Below are positions 1 through 10,169 of a stretch of 64,000 bases of DNA, piece after piece. The stretch comes from an uncultured Verrucomicrobiae bacterium (lineage in GTDB: Bacteria > Verrucomicrobiota > Verrucomicrobiia > Chthoniobacterales > UBA10450), in assembly GCA_963801815.1 (NCBI GenBank), contig CAWDGJ010000003.1, forward strand, positions 128,001 to 192,000, written 5' to 3'. The notes below the pieces were generated by a model, which saw only the letters and a list, made by a program, of their open reading frames with translations, did no database searches and was not told the origin of the DNA. Every line of letters begins with the position of its first letter. Within the stretch, counting starts at the first letter, position 1. The translations under genes and the position numbers were made by a program.

Positions 1-2
1 CA

Positions 3-80
3 GTCGGCGCGATCATGTTATCGTTTGGAGTCAGCGCTTGGGCCATTTGTGCGCGCGCGCTCCAGACGATGAACTCATGA
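3..80 (+). CDS. 3' end of an upstream membrane protein, probably heme A synthase (COX15/CtaA); partial
   Basis: Open hydrophobic frame VGAIMLSFGVSAWAICARALQTMNS* ends in an ATGA overlap with the heme O synthase start; ctaA-ctaB-sco order is common. Confidence 0.4.
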   Translation, partial: VGAIMLSFGVSAWAICARALQTMNS

Positions 81-982
81 AGGCCGTGACGATCGATGCA
101 AGCTCGAACGAGACGGAAAAGCCGCCCTCCGGATTCGTTCGCGATTTGATTGAGCTGGTGAAGGCGCGATTGACGCTGCTCGTTTTACTGACGACCGCTG
201 TTGGCTTTTATCTCGGCGTCGAGGGTCCGATGAATTTCACGGCCCTCCTGCACACGGTTCTTGGAACGGCCGCAGCCGCAGCGGGCGCGGCCGCGCTCAA
301 TCAATGGTGGGAACACAAACTCGACGCCATGATGCAGCGGACTCAATTCAGACCCGTCCCTGCCGGGAGAATGCGGCCGATCGAAGCACTGGTGATCGGC
401 GGCACGTTGTCGATTTTCGGTGTGACATATCTCGCGCTCGTTTGCAACGCGCTCAGCGCGGCGCTCGCCGCGATCACGATCATTGTTTACATCTTTGCTT
501 ACACGCCGCTGAAGACGGTGAGCACGTTTAACACAGCGCTTGGTGCTGTTCCGGGCGCGTTGCCGCCGATGATCGGCTGGGCGGCGGCACGCGGGACCTT
601 GAACGCCGGGGCATGGATGCTTTTCGCGATTCTGTTTTTCTGGCAGTTGCCCCACTTTTTCGCAATCGCATGGATGTATCGCGACGACTATGCGCGGGCT
701 GGCTTCCAGATGGTCTCAACCGACGATCGCACGGGTGAACGCAGCGCCAGTCAAAGTGTCTTTTTTTGCATGCTTTTATTGATTATTGCTGGACTACCAG
801 CCTATCTCGGCATCGCTACTGTCTTTTACCTTTTGGCCGAACTGCTTCTCGGCGGCGTATTTGTCGGTATGGCAATGCGGTTTTTGAAAACGCGCGCGAG
901 AGCAGACGCGCGGCGATTGTTTATCACATCGATTGTCTATCTGCCGCTGTTGCTCGGCGCGCTTGTATTGTCCAAAGCATGA
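77..982 (+). CDS. ctaB: Protoheme IX farnesyltransferase (heme O synthase)
   Basis: UbiA-family motifs NQWWEHKLDAMMQRT..RP, YTPLK, WQLPHF, YRDDYARAG; start taken at ATG 77. Confidence 0.93.
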   Translation: MKAVTIDASSNETEKPPSGFVRDLIELVKARLTLLVLLTTAVGFYLGVEGPMNFTALLHTVLGTAAAAAGAAALNQWWEHKLDAMMQRTQFRPVPAGRMRPIEALVIGGTLSIFGVTYLALVCNALSAALAAITIIVYIFAYTPLKTVSTFNTALGAVPGALPPMIGWAAARGTLNAGAWMLFAILFFWQLPHFFAIAWMYRDDYARAGFQMVSTDDRTGERSASQSVFFCMLLLIIAGLPAYLGIATVFYLLAELLLGGVFVGMAMRFLKTRARADARRLFITSIVYLPLLLGALVLSKA

Positions 983-1629
983 ACGGGACGGCGATCCTGG
1001 ATCGGCAAGTGTCGAAAGGAGCGATGCTTTGGAAAGCGATGTTGATCGCGATTCCGATTGTGACGCTGGCGGTGTTACTGTGGTTACGCCAACTGGAAGT
1101 GAACGCGCTGCGCCAACGAACGGTTTCATCGTATGGGAGCGTTCCCGAATTTCAGTTGGTGAATCAGGACGGAAGAAATTTCGGCTCCACCGATCTGCGC
1201 GGCAAGATCTGGATCGCGGATTTCATTTACACGACCTGTCCGGGCCCTTGCCCAATGATCAGTAGCCGGATGAGCGAGTTGCAAAAGCCGTTGGAGAAAA
1301 CTGACGTGCATCTTGTTTCGTTCACGGTCGATCCGATCAAGGACACCCCGGAAGTTCTGCGAACTTATGCGGAAAGGTTACAAGCAGAACCTGGTCGCTG
1401 GGATTTTCTGACCGGTTCGCAATCGACGATTTACAATCTGTCGCGTAATGGATTCAAACTTGCGGTGTCCGATGGCAGCGATGCGCAGGGAATCCCGGTG
1501 CACAGCACCCGAATGATCCTCGTGGATCGACATGGCGAGATCCGCGGTTTTTACGATGCTTCCGAAGCCGATGCGGTGACAAAACTCGTTGCCGACACGA
1601 CGCACCTGCTGCGCGAACAGCCTAATTAG
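979..1629 (+). CDS. SCO1/SenC family copper chaperone
   Basis: N-terminal TM, FIYTTCPGPCP (CxxxC), TVDP..DTPEVL, HS motif; ATGA overlap with ctaB. Confidence 0.92.
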   Translation: MNGTAILDRQVSKGAMLWKAMLIAIPIVTLAVLLWLRQLEVNALRQRTVSSYGSVPEFQLVNQDGRNFGSTDLRGKIWIADFIYTTCPGPCPMISSRMSELQKPLEKTDVHLVSFTVDPIKDTPEVLRTYAERLQAEPGRWDFLTGSQSTIYNLSRNGFKLAVSDGSDAQGIPVHSTRMILVDRHGEIRGFYDASEADAVTKLVADTTHLLREQPN

Positions 1630-1631
1630 TA

Positions 1632-2525
1632 TCAACCGACTGGCTGCGGTCCGACGGTCTGCTCTTCTTTGCAAACCATGCGCAAATAGTCGCGATATTC
1701 CCCGTTAGGCAATTTATCGAGCGTCTTCTCAAGCTGAGACTGGGTGATGAATTTCATCCGCAGCGCGATCTCTTCGAGACACGCGACTTTTAATCCCTGT
1801 CGATGTTCGATGGTGGCGATGTAATTGCCGGCTTCGAGTAAACTGGTTTGCGTGCCGGTATCGAGCCAGGCCATGCCGCGGCTGAGCAATTTCACATGCA
1901 GTTCGTTTTTCTTAAGATAGAGCAAGTTTAAATCAGTGATCTCCAGCTCGCCACGCGCCGAAGGTTTTAGCGTTTTGCAAAGATCGACAACCTGCGAGTC
2001 ATAAACGTAAAGCCCTGGAACGGCGAAATGGGTTTTGGGCTTCTTCGGTTTCTCCTCAAGGCTGATGGCGTGCCCGTCCGGGTCGAACTCGACAACGCCA
2101 TAACGCTCCGGATCCCGGACCTGGTAGGCGAAGATGCACGCGCCGTTCTTGATGGCGAGAGCTTGGCGGAAGAAATCGAGTTTTCCGTAGAAGATGTTGT
2201 CGCCGAGGATCAGGCACGCGCCTGAACCGTCAATGAATTTCGCGCCGATTAAGAATGCCTCCGCGATTCCGTTCGGTTCTGATTGCTCGGCGTAATCAAT
2301 CTTGATGCCAAGCTGTGATCCGTCCCCAAGATAGTCGCGCAGCATCGGACAATCTTTCGGCGTGGAGATGATCAGGATATCGCGCAGGCCGCCCAGCATG
2401 AGAGTCGCCAGCGGATAACAAATCATCGGCTTGTCGTATACCGGCAGCAGTTGCTTGCAGACGATCTTGGTGAGCGGAAAAAGCCGGCTACCGGCGCCGC
2501 CTGCGAGGATGATGGCCTTTGTCAT
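1632..2525 (-). CDS. rfbA: Glucose-1-phosphate thymidylyltransferase
   Basis: ILAGGAGSRLFP, KQLLPVYDKPM, ILGDN, PERYGVV, RGELEITD, WLDTGT. Confidence 0.96.
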   Translation of the reverse strand: MTKAIILAGGAGSRLFPLTKIVCKQLLPVYDKPMICYPLATLMLGGLRDILIISTPKDCPMLRDYLGDGSQLGIKIDYAEQSEPNGIAEAFLIGAKFIDGSGACLILGDNIFYGKLDFFRQALAIKNGACIFAYQVRDPERYGVVEFDPDGHAISLEEKPKKPKTHFAVPGLYVYDSQVVDLCKTLKPSARGELEITDLNLLYLKKNELHVKLLSRGMAWLDTGTQTSLLEAGNYIATIEHRQGLKVACLEEIALRMKFITQSQLEKTLDKLPNGEYRDYLRMVCKEEQTVGPQPVG

Positions 2526-2526
2526 T

Positions 2527-2611
2527 GCGGATCTCGGATTGTGGATTGCGGAAAGAACTTCGATCTCGGAATTGTGGGTCTATCCGCAATCCACATTCCG
2601 CACTCCGCAAT
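2527..2611. repeat. Inverted pair of degenerate heptamer tandem repeats (ATTGCGG / CCGCAAT type)
   Basis: gcggatctcggattgtggattgcgg followed by atccgcaatccacattccgcactccgcaatc. Confidence 0.7.
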
Positions 2612-2929
2612 CTAAGAGAACCGGACATCTTTGCCGGGATCCATCTCGAAATCCAGATTGAGCGAATCGGCCGTGTTCGGCTTGATGATTTCCTCCATGA
2701 ATTTCACGAAAATAGGGTCTTCCCGGAAGATGGCGAACTTGTCCATCGATTCGAAATCGATCGCGATGAAGAACGGCCATTGCAATTCCGGGTCGACACG
2801 TTTGCCGCATTTGATATTGAGGACTTCCGGGATTTTCAAGAGTTGCATTCGCGTGTTCATCATCATCTCCTCGACGCGAGCGGGAGTGACCTCAGGCTTG
2901 AGCTTGTAAAGGACGATGTGGTGAATCAT
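2612..2929 (-). CDS. Dabb family (stress-responsive A/B barrel) protein
   Basis: MIHHIVLYKLK start, IPEV, DFE at C-terminus, 105 aa. Confidence 0.8.
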   Translation of the reverse strand: MIHHIVLYKLKPEVTPARVEEMMMNTRMQLLKIPEVLNIKCGKRVDPELQWPFFIAIDFESMDKFAIFREDPIFVKFMEEIIKPNTADSLNLDFEMDPGKDVRFS

Positions 2930-3059
2930 TGAAGCTTAAGCTATTAGGCGCTACCCGCAGACCGCGCAAGGGGAAATGGTCATGCGGGATGCCGCCGATT
3001 TAAACTGTAATAAGCTAAGAATATCGATGGACGCTTTAGGCTCAAGTAACGCAAGAATA

Positions 3060-4289
3060 ATGGCGATGGAAGGGATGCCAAAGAGGAGTGATTTCTGGGT
3101 TGGGGCCGGGCTCTCGATTGTGACGGTGGTGATTTTCTTTGTTTCCACCCAGGCCACCCAGCGACACTTCGATTACACGGCGCGCATTGCTTCGGCGTTT
3201 TTGGAGAGGCATATCGGGCTCACAAAACCGCCGCCTTCGTGGCTGAACGAAATGATCCCAGTCAACGGCGACTACTACTCGGTTTTTCCGTTGGGCGCAG
3301 TCATAAGCATGCTGCCGGTCGCAATCCTACAGAAGGCAAACCTGATTCACGATTTTCCTGGCCGTGCCTTGGCGGCAATGATCGCGGGGCTTTCAGTTTG
3401 GTTCTTCTTTCGCTTGTCGGCCCTTGGGCCGGCATCCATTCCGAGACGCATTCTGCTTTCGCTCGCACTGATTTTTGGGACGTGGACCTGGTGCAATCTT
3501 GGATTCGGAGGTTCTTGGCAGATCGCACTCGGACTGGCCCTTCTGGGAGAGGTCGCGACGTTGTATTTTGTTCTCGTCGATTTTCGTCCACTCGCAGCCG
3601 GAGCGTTTTATGCCCTGGCGATTGGAAATCGAACGGAGTTAGCTCTTTGCTTTCCTATTTTCATTTATTTTTTGGGCCGACAAATGGCTCCCGACGTGAT
3701 CAGCTGGAAAATATTCGCCGAACAGGCCCGAAAGAACGTGCGCCCGTTCGCGCATTTTTTGATTGTTCCGACTCTGCTTGGTGTTTTGACGGCGGCATAT
3801 AACTACGCCCGGTTTCGATCGATTTTCGATTTCGGCTATTCCCATATTCCGAACGTTTTGCAGGAACCGTGGTATCAGCATGGGTTGTTTTCGCTCCACG
3901 CGATTCCGTGGAACGCTTACAAAATGTTGGCCGAAGGGTTCGGCGATCTTCCCGATTTCCCTTTCATTCATCCATACGCGTTTGGTTGTTCCATTTTTCT
4001 GGCGAGCCCTTTCTTGTTTCTGCTGTTTCGCGAAGGCGGATCCCATAAAGTCGCGGCCTGGATCGCGATTGGGTTGTTGACGACAGCCTTGTGGATGCAT
4101 GGCAATCCGGGCGGGTGGCAGTTTTCCTATCGTTACGCGATGGTGATGTTGCCCTGGATGTTCCTGTTGTTGCTCGGCAACGGTCCGCGGAAAGTTTCGG
4201 TGATTGAGTTATCGCTATTTGTCGTGTCGATAGCCATCAATGCGGTCGCAATGTATCAATTTCTCTGGACGAACCAGATTCATCCCTAA
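3060..4289 (+). CDS. Polytopic membrane protein, putative GT-C fold glycosyltransferase
   Basis: About 10 TM segments, YNYARF, FSYRY motif; start uncertain (2976-3075). Confidence 0.6.
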   Translation: MAMEGMPKRSDFWVGAGLSIVTVVIFFVSTQATQRHFDYTARIASAFLERHIGLTKPPPSWLNEMIPVNGDYYSVFPLGAVISMLPVAILQKANLIHDFPGRALAAMIAGLSVWFFFRLSALGPASIPRRILLSLALIFGTWTWCNLGFGGSWQIALGLALLGEVATLYFVLVDFRPLAAGAFYALAIGNRTELALCFPIFIYFLGRQMAPDVISWKIFAEQARKNVRPFAHFLIVPTLLGVLTAAYNYARFRSIFDFGYSHIPNVLQEPWYQHGLFSLHAIPWNAYKMLAEGFGDLPDFPFIHPYAFGCSIFLASPFLFLLFREGGSHKVAAWIAIGLLTTALWMHGNPGGWQFSYRYAMVMLPWMFLLLLGNGPRKVSVIELSLFVVSIAINAVAMYQFLWTNQIHP

Positions 4290-5656
4290 GGTTTGGCCCG
4301 GCCGATTGCGGTTTTCCACGCGTCTCGTGTCTGTTGCGGCACATTTTGATCCAAATCGACGAGCCAGGAAATGGTCGCCATGGAATTAAGCGTGGCCGAT
4401 AACAGCACCAGCAATGGAACTATGTAGCGAAGGCGGAGGACGATATCGCCAGCTTTCTTCAAGAAAACCGCGAAGCAGAAAATCAAAAATGGGTAGACCT
4501 CCGTGGCGTAACGTTGAGCCAGCGCGAAATGCGATTGAATGAGGATGAATTCGATGAAAAAAGCGGCCGCGATATAGCGTGTAAACCAGTCAGAACGGTT
4601 TCTCTGAAACAGGCAAACGATCCCCAGAATCGCACCCACGACCAGCCAGCTCGAAGACCAAACAACTGAAAGATAGGTTTCGCTAAACGGCAGGGAATAC
4701 AATGAGGGTCGGGCAACGGGTGGACGCTCGGCATGAACAAATGGCGGATAGGAATCAATCCGGGGAAAACGCAGGCTGAAGTAGTCAGCAAACCCGGACG
4801 GCACGCGGCTCAGACTGAAGATGCCGTAATTCTTGGCGAACTCGCCGTGAACCGGATTGATGTAATGCGCGTAACTAATCCCGGTCCAGTTGCCGAACCT
4901 CGCGTAGCTTAAGAGTAAATAGAAAATCAACGCCGCAGTAACGGGCAACAAGAGCGCGGCGATACAACTGGTGCGGCCTTTGGTCGGCAATCGAAAGATC
5001 AGGACCGGTGCAATCAAAAGGAACGGCAATCCAAAGGTTGCTCTCGAAAGCAAAGCGGCACCGGCTGAAAACGAAAATCCAAGCAAACACCATGTTAAAC
5101 CGCGGCCGGTTCTGTTTTGGGCTCGGTTCAAAAAAAGAATGGCACCGAGCGACCATGCGAATCCCCAGATAATTGCCTCGTCGTAAATGGAAAGATTTCC
5201 AAGCAAAAACAGAAGCGGAGAGCCGAGCGCAAATCCCGTTATGCATGCAATACCGACCCGGCGCCGCCAATCAGGTGCGAGGCTCGACGCCTTCAACGCA
5301 TCAGTTATCAGCATCGCGAACGAAGCCAGCGCAACCATGCCCGCGCACAGACCGGACAGGCGCGACCAGTTCCCGCGTTGTGCGGGCCAAAGGAAGTTCA
5401 GCGGAATCCGTAGGAAGGCAGGAAACGGCCCGAAGTACATTCGGGCTTTGCCTTTGACGATCATCGCCTCGTGACGAATCGCGTCGCCGTCAACATCAAC
5501 ATTTCCCCGCAGGAAATGTTCGGCCTGCGAATCGTAAGCCGCCCCTAAAACTTCGTTGACGAAGATTTGTCGGAAACCGGTCGTTGCGAACGCGGCCAGC
5601 AAAACGCCCAGGATGAGCGTTGAGACAAGGGGCCAGAGCAGGCGACTAGAACTCAA
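4286..5656 (-). CDS. Polytopic membrane protein, putative GT-C fold glycosyltransferase
   Basis: YDSQAEHFLRG, YFGPFPA, IYDE, SYARFG, AQRY motifs; many TM segments. Confidence 0.6.
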   Translation of the reverse strand: MSSSRLLWPLVSTLILGVLLAAFATTGFRQIFVNEVLGAAYDSQAEHFLRGNVDVDGDAIRHEAMIVKGKARMYFGPFPAFLRIPLNFLWPAQRGNWSRLSGLCAGMVALASFAMLITDALKASSLAPDWRRRVGIACITGFALGSPLLFLLGNLSIYDEAIIWGFAWSLGAILFLNRAQNRTGRGLTWCLLGFSFSAGAALLSRATFGLPFLLIAPVLIFRLPTKGRTSCIAALLLPVTAALIFYLLLSYARFGNWTGISYAHYINPVHGEFAKNYGIFSLSRVPSGFADYFSLRFPRIDSYPPFVHAERPPVARPSLYSLPFSETYLSVVWSSSWLVVGAILGIVCLFQRNRSDWFTRYIAAAFFIEFILIQSHFALAQRYATEVYPFLIFCFAVFLKKAGDIVLRLRYIVPLLVLLSATLNSMATISWLVDLDQNVPQQTRDAWKTAIGRAKP

Positions 5657-5658
5657 GC

Positions 5659-6034
5659 CTACTTCCGAAAATCGAGCGCGCCTTTTTTTAGCGCGTAGAC
5701 GTAACCCACCATCAGGATCGTGATGAAGCTCAACATGCTCCAGAAAATGGCGCTGCTGTGCGCGATCGATTCCTTATATACCACCGCCCACGGATACATA
5801 AACACGATCTCGAGGTCGAAGAGGATAAACAGCATCGCCACGAGATAAAACTTCACGCTAAAGCGCGGCTGGGCCTCTCCCTGCGGGATCATGCCGCACT
5901 CGTAGGCAGTATCCTTCGTCGGTGTTCTTCGCGTAGCGCTCTTTCCGAGCAGGACGGCTGACGAGCAACGCCGACACAGCGAAACCAATGGCCACGATGA
6001 TCTGCAGGAAAACCGGCAGATATTCTTGAAACAT
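5659..6034 (-). CDS. nuoA: NADH-quinone oxidoreductase subunit A with a +1 frameshift near 5957
   Basis: ATG at 6034 gives MFQEYLPVFLQIIVAIGFAVSALLVS; one extra base, then VLLGK...YECG...FYLVAMLFILFDLE..YPWA..KKGAL. Confidence 0.9.
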
Positions 6035-6065
6035 TAGCGGCTTCGGATGCTACGGCCGGACCCGG

Positions 6066-6392
6066 TTATTTTACCGCGGCCAGGCGATTACTCGGGATGT
6101 GCCCGTTTTGCGGTGCAATGGCCTTGGCCAACGAAGAGGGAAGTCCTTTGTATTTCTTGCCGTTCTTCTTCACCGCCCCCCGTGCGACCAGGTTCTGCAA
6201 CTTTTCGTAAGCCCGCAGACGGAGCATTTCCTCGCCTCCGCTGGCTGCGTTTCGCGCGCGGAGATTCTCGTGCACAATATCAAAGAGTTCCTTAAACTCG
6301 TAGGAGGCACGACGAGAGAGCACCGCTACGAGTTCTTCGGTAACCAGATCAGGAACTCGACGAGAAAATGCGTTTTTCTTGAGAATAGCCAT
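6066..6392 (-). CDS. Small basic hypothetical protein, possible winged-helix DNA-binding protein
   Basis: MAILKKNAFSRRVPDLVTEEL...LRLRAYEKLQNLVARGAVKKNGKKY resembles a helix plus wing. Confidence 0.6.
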   Translation of the reverse strand: MAILKKNAFSRRVPDLVTEELVAVLSRRASYEFKELFDIVHENLRARNAASGGEEMLRLRAYEKLQNLVARGAVKKNGKKYKGLPSSLAKAIAPQNGHIPSNRLAAVK

Positions 6393-6526
6393 AGGGCCGA
6401 GACAGTAGCACAATTTGGCCAAACTAACAGCACAATTGTAGCGCTGTTTGCCACCCAGGGGTCGCCCTCGGTAAATAGAGTCGTAATGGCGCACTTAAGG
6501 GACACTCTTGCATGCCTATCGCCGGC

Positions 6527-8224
6527 CTAATGTTGCCGGGCTTCGCCCCAAAGAATTGCGGGTAGACCAAGGCCAATTGCGGCTTGTCCCAAAGTTAGCG
6601 GACCGATCGACTCCGTGACATAACCGTCGCGCTCAAAGTGCTGCGAGGAAACGATCGGGCTCAGGTGTTTGATCACGATTTCGGGGGGTGGAAGCTTCCC
6701 AACATCCACGTAATCCGAAATCGCCGGCATGAATGCAGCGCTCATCAACAGCATCGGCCGTAGCGCCGCGTCCAGGCGCCCGTAAAGCAATCCGGTGTCG
6801 AGGTAAACGAACGCTCCCGTCGGCGCCGCCACTGCATGCGAAGCCGCCTTATATGTCGGCGAATTCGAAAGGTCGGACGACGACGATTGACCCGCGCGAT
6901 TTATCGCCGATTCAACCGAAGTGGAATCGAGGCCGACGATTAATACCCGGTTCGATAAGGCCAGAGTCGGCGTGATGGCAAACAGCGCCGCCGGTGTTTG
7001 CATGGAAAAATAAACGGTGCCGGCCTTCTCGGTTTTTGTCCATTTGGCGTCTTCATCGATCGCATTTATTAGCACATTGACGATCTTCTTCGCTCGCGCC
7101 GGATCCTTAACGGGTAATGCCGAGATAATTGACGGCCAGCGCGCGCTCTGCGACCAATCGGCCAGCGTTCCAGATTCCAAGTCGAAAGCCGCTTTCCAGT
7201 CATCGACGGTCACGCCCGCCCGACGTGCGGCTTCGAAAACCTTTTGAAGCCAACTCCCGACCGGCAAGCCAGCTTGATTGATCGCAGCCAGCCGGTCGGG
7301 ATTCAGCAGGGTGGCCATATACAGGAATGTGTCCGGTGTGCCGAACCTGAGTGATTTGCGATCAAGCTCTTCGCTCGACTGCGCAGCCGGCATCCCGACA
7401 AACAACACGTCGCGCATCTTTCCGTTATCGAATCGTGTTGCCGCGCAAATGCTGCGAATTTGTTGAAGAACGTCGGTTTGATCACTGGACGCGCCGATCG
7501 CGCTACCCAGCGACGCAAACTTGCCGGATAATCCTCTCGGTTGAAGGTAGAAAAGCAACGCATAGCTCGATGGCATGTGCGCCATTGCCCCATGAAATTC
7601 GTCACTCGCCTCGAGGGTCGATTGTGCGTCTTTGTCGCGTCCGTCCGCGCGATCCAAAACTGCCTTCAGCTCGGCGAGATCGTTTGAAACAAAAAACCAT
7701 TGCCGGTCATACACCGTTGCGATTTGGTTCGGCGCCGCGCCCACGATGTCAATTTGGTGCTGCTGGTAATCGATGCTTTCACGCGCGGACGCATCGTGCA
7801 CGATCTGCGACCGCCATTGGGCGATGGTTTCCTCGGCCGCGGATTGACGTCCGTGAAATCGAAAGCCACCGGTTAGATGCGGCTCATTATTTTCAATCGA
7901 AGTCATCGCGAGAAACGCGTCCTCCGGATCGAGCTTCTGGAGTTTCTCGACGGTGTCGGCTGCCGTGCCGCGCTGAGAGACCTTGGAAAGTGGTTTCTTT
8001 AGAAAATCCTGTACGGCTGGCTCCTGATAAAGCTGGCAAATGTCTGTTCCAAGCCACTCTTTGCGGGTTCGATTGAAATCGGGCAGGTGCGCAAGGGCAA
8101 TTGTCGTGCGAGGAAGAAGGGCGGTGACAGCCGCGTTCGGCGTGCTTTTCGGCTGGCGCACGATGTAAACGACTCCGCCCGCTGCGAAGGCAGCGAGGAG
8201 AATGAGCAAACCTAGACGGCGCAT
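6527..8224 (-). CDS. Membrane-anchored periplasmic protein (DUF3352-like)
   Basis: 565-aa ORF, N-terminal TM, repeated alpha/beta units. Confidence 0.55.
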   Translation of the reverse strand: MRRLGLLILLAAFAAGGVVYIVRQPKSTPNAAVTALLPRTTIALAHLPDFNRTRKEWLGTDICQLYQEPAVQDFLKKPLSKVSQRGTAADTVEKLQKLDPEDAFLAMTSIENNEPHLTGGFRFHGRQSAAEETIAQWRSQIVHDASARESIDYQQHQIDIVGAAPNQIATVYDRQWFFVSNDLAELKAVLDRADGRDKDAQSTLEASDEFHGAMAHMPSSYALLFYLQPRGLSGKFASLGSAIGASSDQTDVLQQIRSICAATRFDNGKMRDVLFVGMPAAQSSEELDRKSLRFGTPDTFLYMATLLNPDRLAAINQAGLPVGSWLQKVFEAARRAGVTVDDWKAAFDLESGTLADWSQSARWPSIISALPVKDPARAKKIVNVLINAIDEDAKWTKTEKAGTVYFSMQTPAALFAITPTLALSNRVLIVGLDSTSVESAINRAGQSSSSDLSNSPTYKAASHAVAAPTGAFVYLDTGLLYGRLDAALRPMLLMSAAFMPAISDYVDVGKLPPPEIVIKHLSPIVSSQHFERDGYVTESIGPLTLGQAAIGLGLPAILWGEARQH

Positions 8225-8283
8225 GAGTTCGGGACTGTAGAGGGCGCGATCGGTAGCGGCAAATGCCGACTCGAACTAGGATG

Positions 8284-9174
8284 CTAGGCGCGTGGATGAA
8301 ACTGCCGATGGACGGCTTTCAGTCGCTGTTGATCGACGTGCGTGTAAACCTGCGTCGTCGAAATGTCGGCATGGCCGAGCATCTCCTGAATGATCCGAAG
8401 GTCAGCGCCGTTGCTGAGCAGGTGCGTCGCGAAACTGTGGCGCAACAAATGCGGATAGATGTTCTTCTCCAGACCGGCGTGTCGCGCTTTTTCTTTCACG
8501 ATTTGCCAGATTCGTGTAGTCGTTAACTTCGTTCCGCGCTCCGACAGAAAAATTTCGCTCCCGGTGCGGCGCTTCACCAGTTTCGGCCGCTCGGTCGACA
8601 AATAAATTGCCAGCGCTTCACACGCCTTGCGGCCCACCGGCACCATTCGCGTTTTGTTACCTTTGCCGACCACGCGGATGACTCCCTCTTCAGGGTGAAA
8701 ATTTTCCAAGCGCGCATTGGCCAGCTCCGAAATGCGCAATCCGCTCGCGTAAAGCAATTCCATCATCGCGCGGTCGCGCAGACCGTGCAGCGCTTTTGTG
8801 TCGATGCTGTTTAGCAAGTGCTCGACTTGAAGCTCGTTGAGCGTTTCCGGCAAATATCGTTCGATCCGCGGCAGAGTCAGGGCCTCGGTCGGATCGGTTT
8901 TGAGCTCGCCTTTACCGGCCAAAAATCGAAAGAAGATTTTGAGCGCGACCACGATCAATTTGATCGACGCCGCAGAAAGGCCGGCACGTTTTCTTTCCGC
9001 GAGATACTCAGAAATTATCGACAGCGTTACATCACGCAGGTTGTGGACTTTACGAACGCGTGCCGCCCATACGGTGAACTCGTTCAGCGAGCGCTGTGTT
9101 GAAAGTTGGTAATTGTCCGATAGCCCGCGCTCGACCGCCAGGTAGCGGATGAACGACTCGATCACGGCTTCCAC
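8284..9174 (-). CDS. xerD: Site-specific tyrosine recombinase XerD
   Basis: YLAVERGLS, RDRAMMELLYASGLRISEL, GKGNK.R, HLLRHSFATH, LGHADISTTQVY; start likely GTG 9174. Confidence 0.88.
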   Translation of the reverse strand: MEAVIESFIRYLAVERGLSDNYQLSTQRSLNEFTVWAARVRKVHNLRDVTLSIISEYLAERKRAGLSAASIKLIVVALKIFFRFLAGKGELKTDPTEALTLPRIERYLPETLNELQVEHLLNSIDTKALHGLRDRAMMELLYASGLRISELANARLENFHPEEGVIRVVGKGNKTRMVPVGRKACEALAIYLSTERPKLVKRRTGSEIFLSERGTKLTTTRIWQIVKEKARHAGLEKNIYPHLLRHSFATHLLSNGADLRIIQEMLGHADISTTQVYTHVDQQRLKAVHRQFHPRA

Positions 9175-9289
9175 GGAGCGCAACATCAAACAGCGAACTC
9201 CAAACATCAAGGCCTCGGATGATCTCGGATCCGAGGGCAAACGCGTCACGATTGACAATTCAAGACCAAATGTTCGATCATTGATCAGG

Positions 9290-10048
9290 ATGAGCCTTGA
9301 CCTGAATACGATCCTCAAGGATTGGCCCCATGAAAACCGTGCCATCAAGGTGCGCAAGATCCTTGGACTGGATGGACGGCATAAATTGCAGCTTCGGATC
9401 GACCTCGGTGTGCTCCAGATGGAACTCAGTGGCCGTCCCGATGGAATGCGTCCGCATGGTTGCGAATCACTCCTTACCTACCATCAACTGCGGGCCTCGC
9501 GCGCCGAAGCTCGTGGCGAAAGTTACCAGCTCACGCCCGAGCAATGCGCCGAACTCCAACAGGAAGGAATCCAGTATTATCACCGTTACCTGAGCCTGTT
9601 TCAGATTAATGATTTCCACGGCGTCGTACGCGACACGCAACGCAACCTGGACCTCTTCGATTTTGTTGATGCGCACACCGAACGGGATGAACTCTCGTGG
9701 ACGTTGCAGCAATTTCGTCCCTACGTGCTAATGATGAACACGCGCGCCAAGGCCTCTATTTTTCTCGGGCAGGGAAAATTTTACGAGGCGATTGCCGAGA
9801 TCCAAGGCGGCCGAGAAGCAATCGCGGAGTTTTTCCAGAAATCAAGCTTCCCGGAGCTGGCTGCGAAAAGTTCCGAGATCCACTTCCTGGACGATTGGTT
9901 GAAAGAAGTCACTGCTAAACGTCCGCGCACCAAACTCGAGATTATGGAGCGCGAAATGGAATCAGCCGTGGCGAACGAACTCTACGAACGCGCGGCCGAA
10001 ATTCGCGACACCATCAACAAGCTTAAAGCCGACAGCGTCGTGAGCTGA
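9290..10048 (+). CDS. Conserved hypothetical protein with C-terminal UVR (UvrB/UvrC) motif
   Basis: LQLRIDLGVLQME..GRPDG; C-terminal MESAVANELYERAAEIRD. Confidence 0.8.
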   Translation: MSLDLNTILKDWPHENRAIKVRKILGLDGRHKLQLRIDLGVLQMELSGRPDGMRPHGCESLLTYHQLRASRAEARGESYQLTPEQCAELQQEGIQYYHRYLSLFQINDFHGVVRDTQRNLDLFDFVDAHTERDELSWTLQQFRPYVLMMNTRAKASIFLGQGKFYEAIAEIQGGREAIAEFFQKSSFPELAAKSSEIHFLDDWLKEVTAKRPRTKLEIMEREMESAVANELYERAAEIRDTINKLKADSVVS

Positions 10049-10169
10049 CACGAGCGGGGAAGGGTTGATGGTGCTTCGGTGAGCTGCACCGGCCGTCCAG
10101 CCGGCAAACCTAAGGCTCCGTCTCGCTTTTGGCTTGTGACCCGGCGCTCTGGCGTTTCAAATCCCTAGC

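Noticed and set aside
8284..9174. Tyrosine recombinase as prophage, island or integron integrase
   Set aside because: Sequence is typical housekeeping XerD; no integron-integrase insertion, att repeats, tRNA or phage genes nearby
9149..9357. Apparent overlap of the divergent xerD and UVR-motif ORFs
   Set aside because: Disappears when plausible starts (GTG 9174 minus, ATG 9290 plus) are used
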